This document shows positions 33,509 through 34,957 of a stretch of DNA of 34,957 bases, one piece after another (within the stretch, counting starts at the first letter, position 1; each line of letters begins with the position of its first letter). The DNA comes from a virus (Duplodnaviria; Caudoviricetes), in the IMG/VR virus record IMGVR_UViG_3300005512_000145, positions 1 through 34,957 of that record; one strand, written 5' to 3'. The notes under the pieces were generated by a model that made no database searches, was not told where the DNA came from, and saw nothing but the letters and a program-made list of their open reading frames with translations. Both the position numbers and the translations under genes were made by a program.

Positions 33509-34891
33509 ATGTATCAATCTGATGAACTTCAAAAGAAGTGGCAGCCAGTTCTTGAGCATACCGACCTTGAGCCTATCAAGGACGCACACAAGAGAGCCGT
33601 TACTGCTACACTTCTAGAAAACCAAGAGCGTTCTGCCCGTGAGCAGGCTGCTGGTTCTGGTGGTTACAATGCTCCAACACTTCTTGGGGAAGCCGCTCCT
33701 GCTAACGCAATGGGCGCATCTTCTTCAACTGCAAGTGCTGGTTCTGTAGACATCTACGATCCCGTTCTTATCTCACTTGTTCGCCGCTCAATGCCGAACC
33801 TAATTGCATATGATATCGCCGGTGTTCAGCCGATGACTGGACCGACTGGTCTTATCTTTGCAATGCGTTCACGCTACTCAACACAGTCTGGCACAGAAGC
33901 AATGTTCAATGAAGCCAACACTTCATTCTCTGCTCTTGCTTCTGGTAACACCGTTCATCAGTTTGGTGTTGCTAACGGTGCGTTGGGAACAACTCAGGCA
34001 GGTACCGATCCTGCTGACCGTGCATCTGGTTCTGGCTATACAGTTCACACTGGTATGACAACTGCACTCGCTGAAGCACTTGGCGATTCAAGCACTAACA
34101 AGTTCAACGAAATGGCTTTCTCAATTGAGAAGGTTGCCGTTACTGCTGTTAGCCGTGCATTGAAAGCAGAATATACCATGGAACTTGCTCAAGACCTTAA
34201 AGCAATCCACGGTCTTGACGCTGAGACAGAATTGTCAAACATCCTATCTGCTGAGATCCTTGCTGAAATCAACAGAGAAGTTGTTCGCACAATCAACTAC
34301 TCCGCTGTTCCTGGTGCAACTGTAAACACCACGACTTCTGGAACTTTCGACCTCGACACCGACTCAAACGGCCGTTGGTCAGTTGAGAAGTTCAAAGGTC
34401 TTATGTTCCAAATCGAGCGTGACGCTAACGAACTTGCTAAGGCAACTCGCCGCGGTAAGGGTAATGTCATGATTTGTTCTTCTGATGTCGCTTCTGCGAT
34501 GCAGATGGCTGGTGTTCTTGACTATACGCCTGCACTGACCAACAACCTTCAGGTTGATGACAGTGGTAACACATTCGCTGGTGTTCTTAACGGTCGTATT
34601 CGTGTCTACATTGACCCATACTTCTCAGACGCTACGAACAACTACTACACCCTTGGCTACAAAGGTGCAAGCGCATTTGACGCTGGTCTCTTCTACTGCC
34701 CATATGTTCCACTACAGATGGTTCGTGCAGTTGGTGAGAACACCTTCCAGCCGAAGATTGGCTTCAAGACCCGCTACGGTATTGTTGCTAACCCATTCGC
34801 CACTAACGATGGTAACGGTATTGCCGCTCGCCTCGGTTCTGGTGATGGTAACATCTACTACCGTTTGGTCAAAGTCACTAACCTCATGTAA
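33509..34891 (+). CDS. gp23: Major capsid protein gp23 (460 aa)
   Basis: KW.PVL, LLENQE, DPVLISLVRRSMPNLIAYDI.GVQPMTGPTGLIFAMR, SRALKAEYTMELAQDLKAIHGLDAE.EL, FYCPYVPL, FQPKIGFKTRYG...NPF. Confidence 0.99.
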   Translation: MYQSDELQKKWQPVLEHTDLEPIKDAHKRAVTATLLENQERSAREQAAGSGGYNAPTLLGEAAPANAMGASSSTASAGSVDIYDPVLISLVRRSMPNLIAYDIAGVQPMTGPTGLIFAMRSRYSTQSGTEAMFNEANTSFSALASGNTVHQFGVANGALGTTQAGTDPADRASGSGYTVHTGMTTALAEALGDSSTNKFNEMAFSIEKVAVTAVSRALKAEYTMELAQDLKAIHGLDAETELSNILSAEILAEINREVVRTINYSAVPGATVNTTTSGTFDLDTDSNGRWSVEKFKGLMFQIERDANELAKATRRGKGNVMICSSDVASAMQMAGVLDYTPALTNNLQVDDSGNTFAGVLNGRIRVYIDPYFSDATNNYYTLGYKGASAFDAGLFYCPYVPLQMVRAVGENTFQPKIGFKTRYGIVANPFATNDGNGIAARLGSGDGNIYYRLVKVTNLM

Positions 34892-34928
34892 TAATGAGAG
34901 TTGGACTAACCAACCAAATAATAAAACT

Positions 34929-34957
34929 GAGGGGCGCTTGAAACGCCCCTCTTTTTT
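34929..34957 (+). terminator. Rho-independent terminator after gp23
   Basis: GAGGGGCG (34929-34936), loop CTTGAAA, CGCCCCTC (34944-34951), then TTTTTT to the window end. Confidence 0.93.

Noticed and set aside
24658-34891. Intein, intron or homing endonuclease in terL, portal or capsid genes
   Set aside because: The ORFs are continuous and of ordinary length (543, 500 and 460 aa), with no LAGLIDADG, GIY-YIG, HNH or intein splice motifs seen.
1-34957. tRNA, rRNA, CRISPR array, alternative genetic code or stop-codon readthrough
   Set aside because: Intergenic gaps are under about 80 nt with no cloverleaf or repeat-spacer pattern, and standard-code ORFs tile the window with TAA, TAG and TGA all used as real stops.

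Overview
This window is the late (virion morphogenesis) gene block of a T4-like myovirus, with the gene order seen in marine cyanophage/pelagiphage-type T4 relatives. All real genes are on the + strand. The order is: end of baseplate gp6, gp7, gp8, a VrlC/DUF4815-like protein, a ~10 kb cluster of fibre and fibre-adaptor genes (two with C-terminal S74 autochaperones), gp13, gp14, gp15, terminase small gp16, an unannotated 46-aa basic peptide, an SNase-family nuclease, terminase large gp17, sheath gp18, tube gp19, portal gp20, three small core/head genes, protease gp21, scaffold gp22 and major capsid gp23, ending in an intrinsic terminator. At least nine perfect T4-type late promoters (TATAAATA) are present. 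The most interesting signals are: (1) a run of fibre-region proteins with matching C-terminal peptide tags (DGGx[FY], D[LW]G[ST]V) and N-terminal domains (IxxKRS, VQFRRG), suggesting a chained or branched fibre assembly system; (2) an excess of the tripeptide Ala-Asn-Thr in virion-exterior proteins, a candidate modification signal; (3) late promoters embedded in RNA hairpins that cover a ribosome-binding site or form a terminator; (4) near-identical protein modules shared between fibre genes despite heavy synonymous divergence. All family assignments come from motif recognition and synteny; no database search was run.
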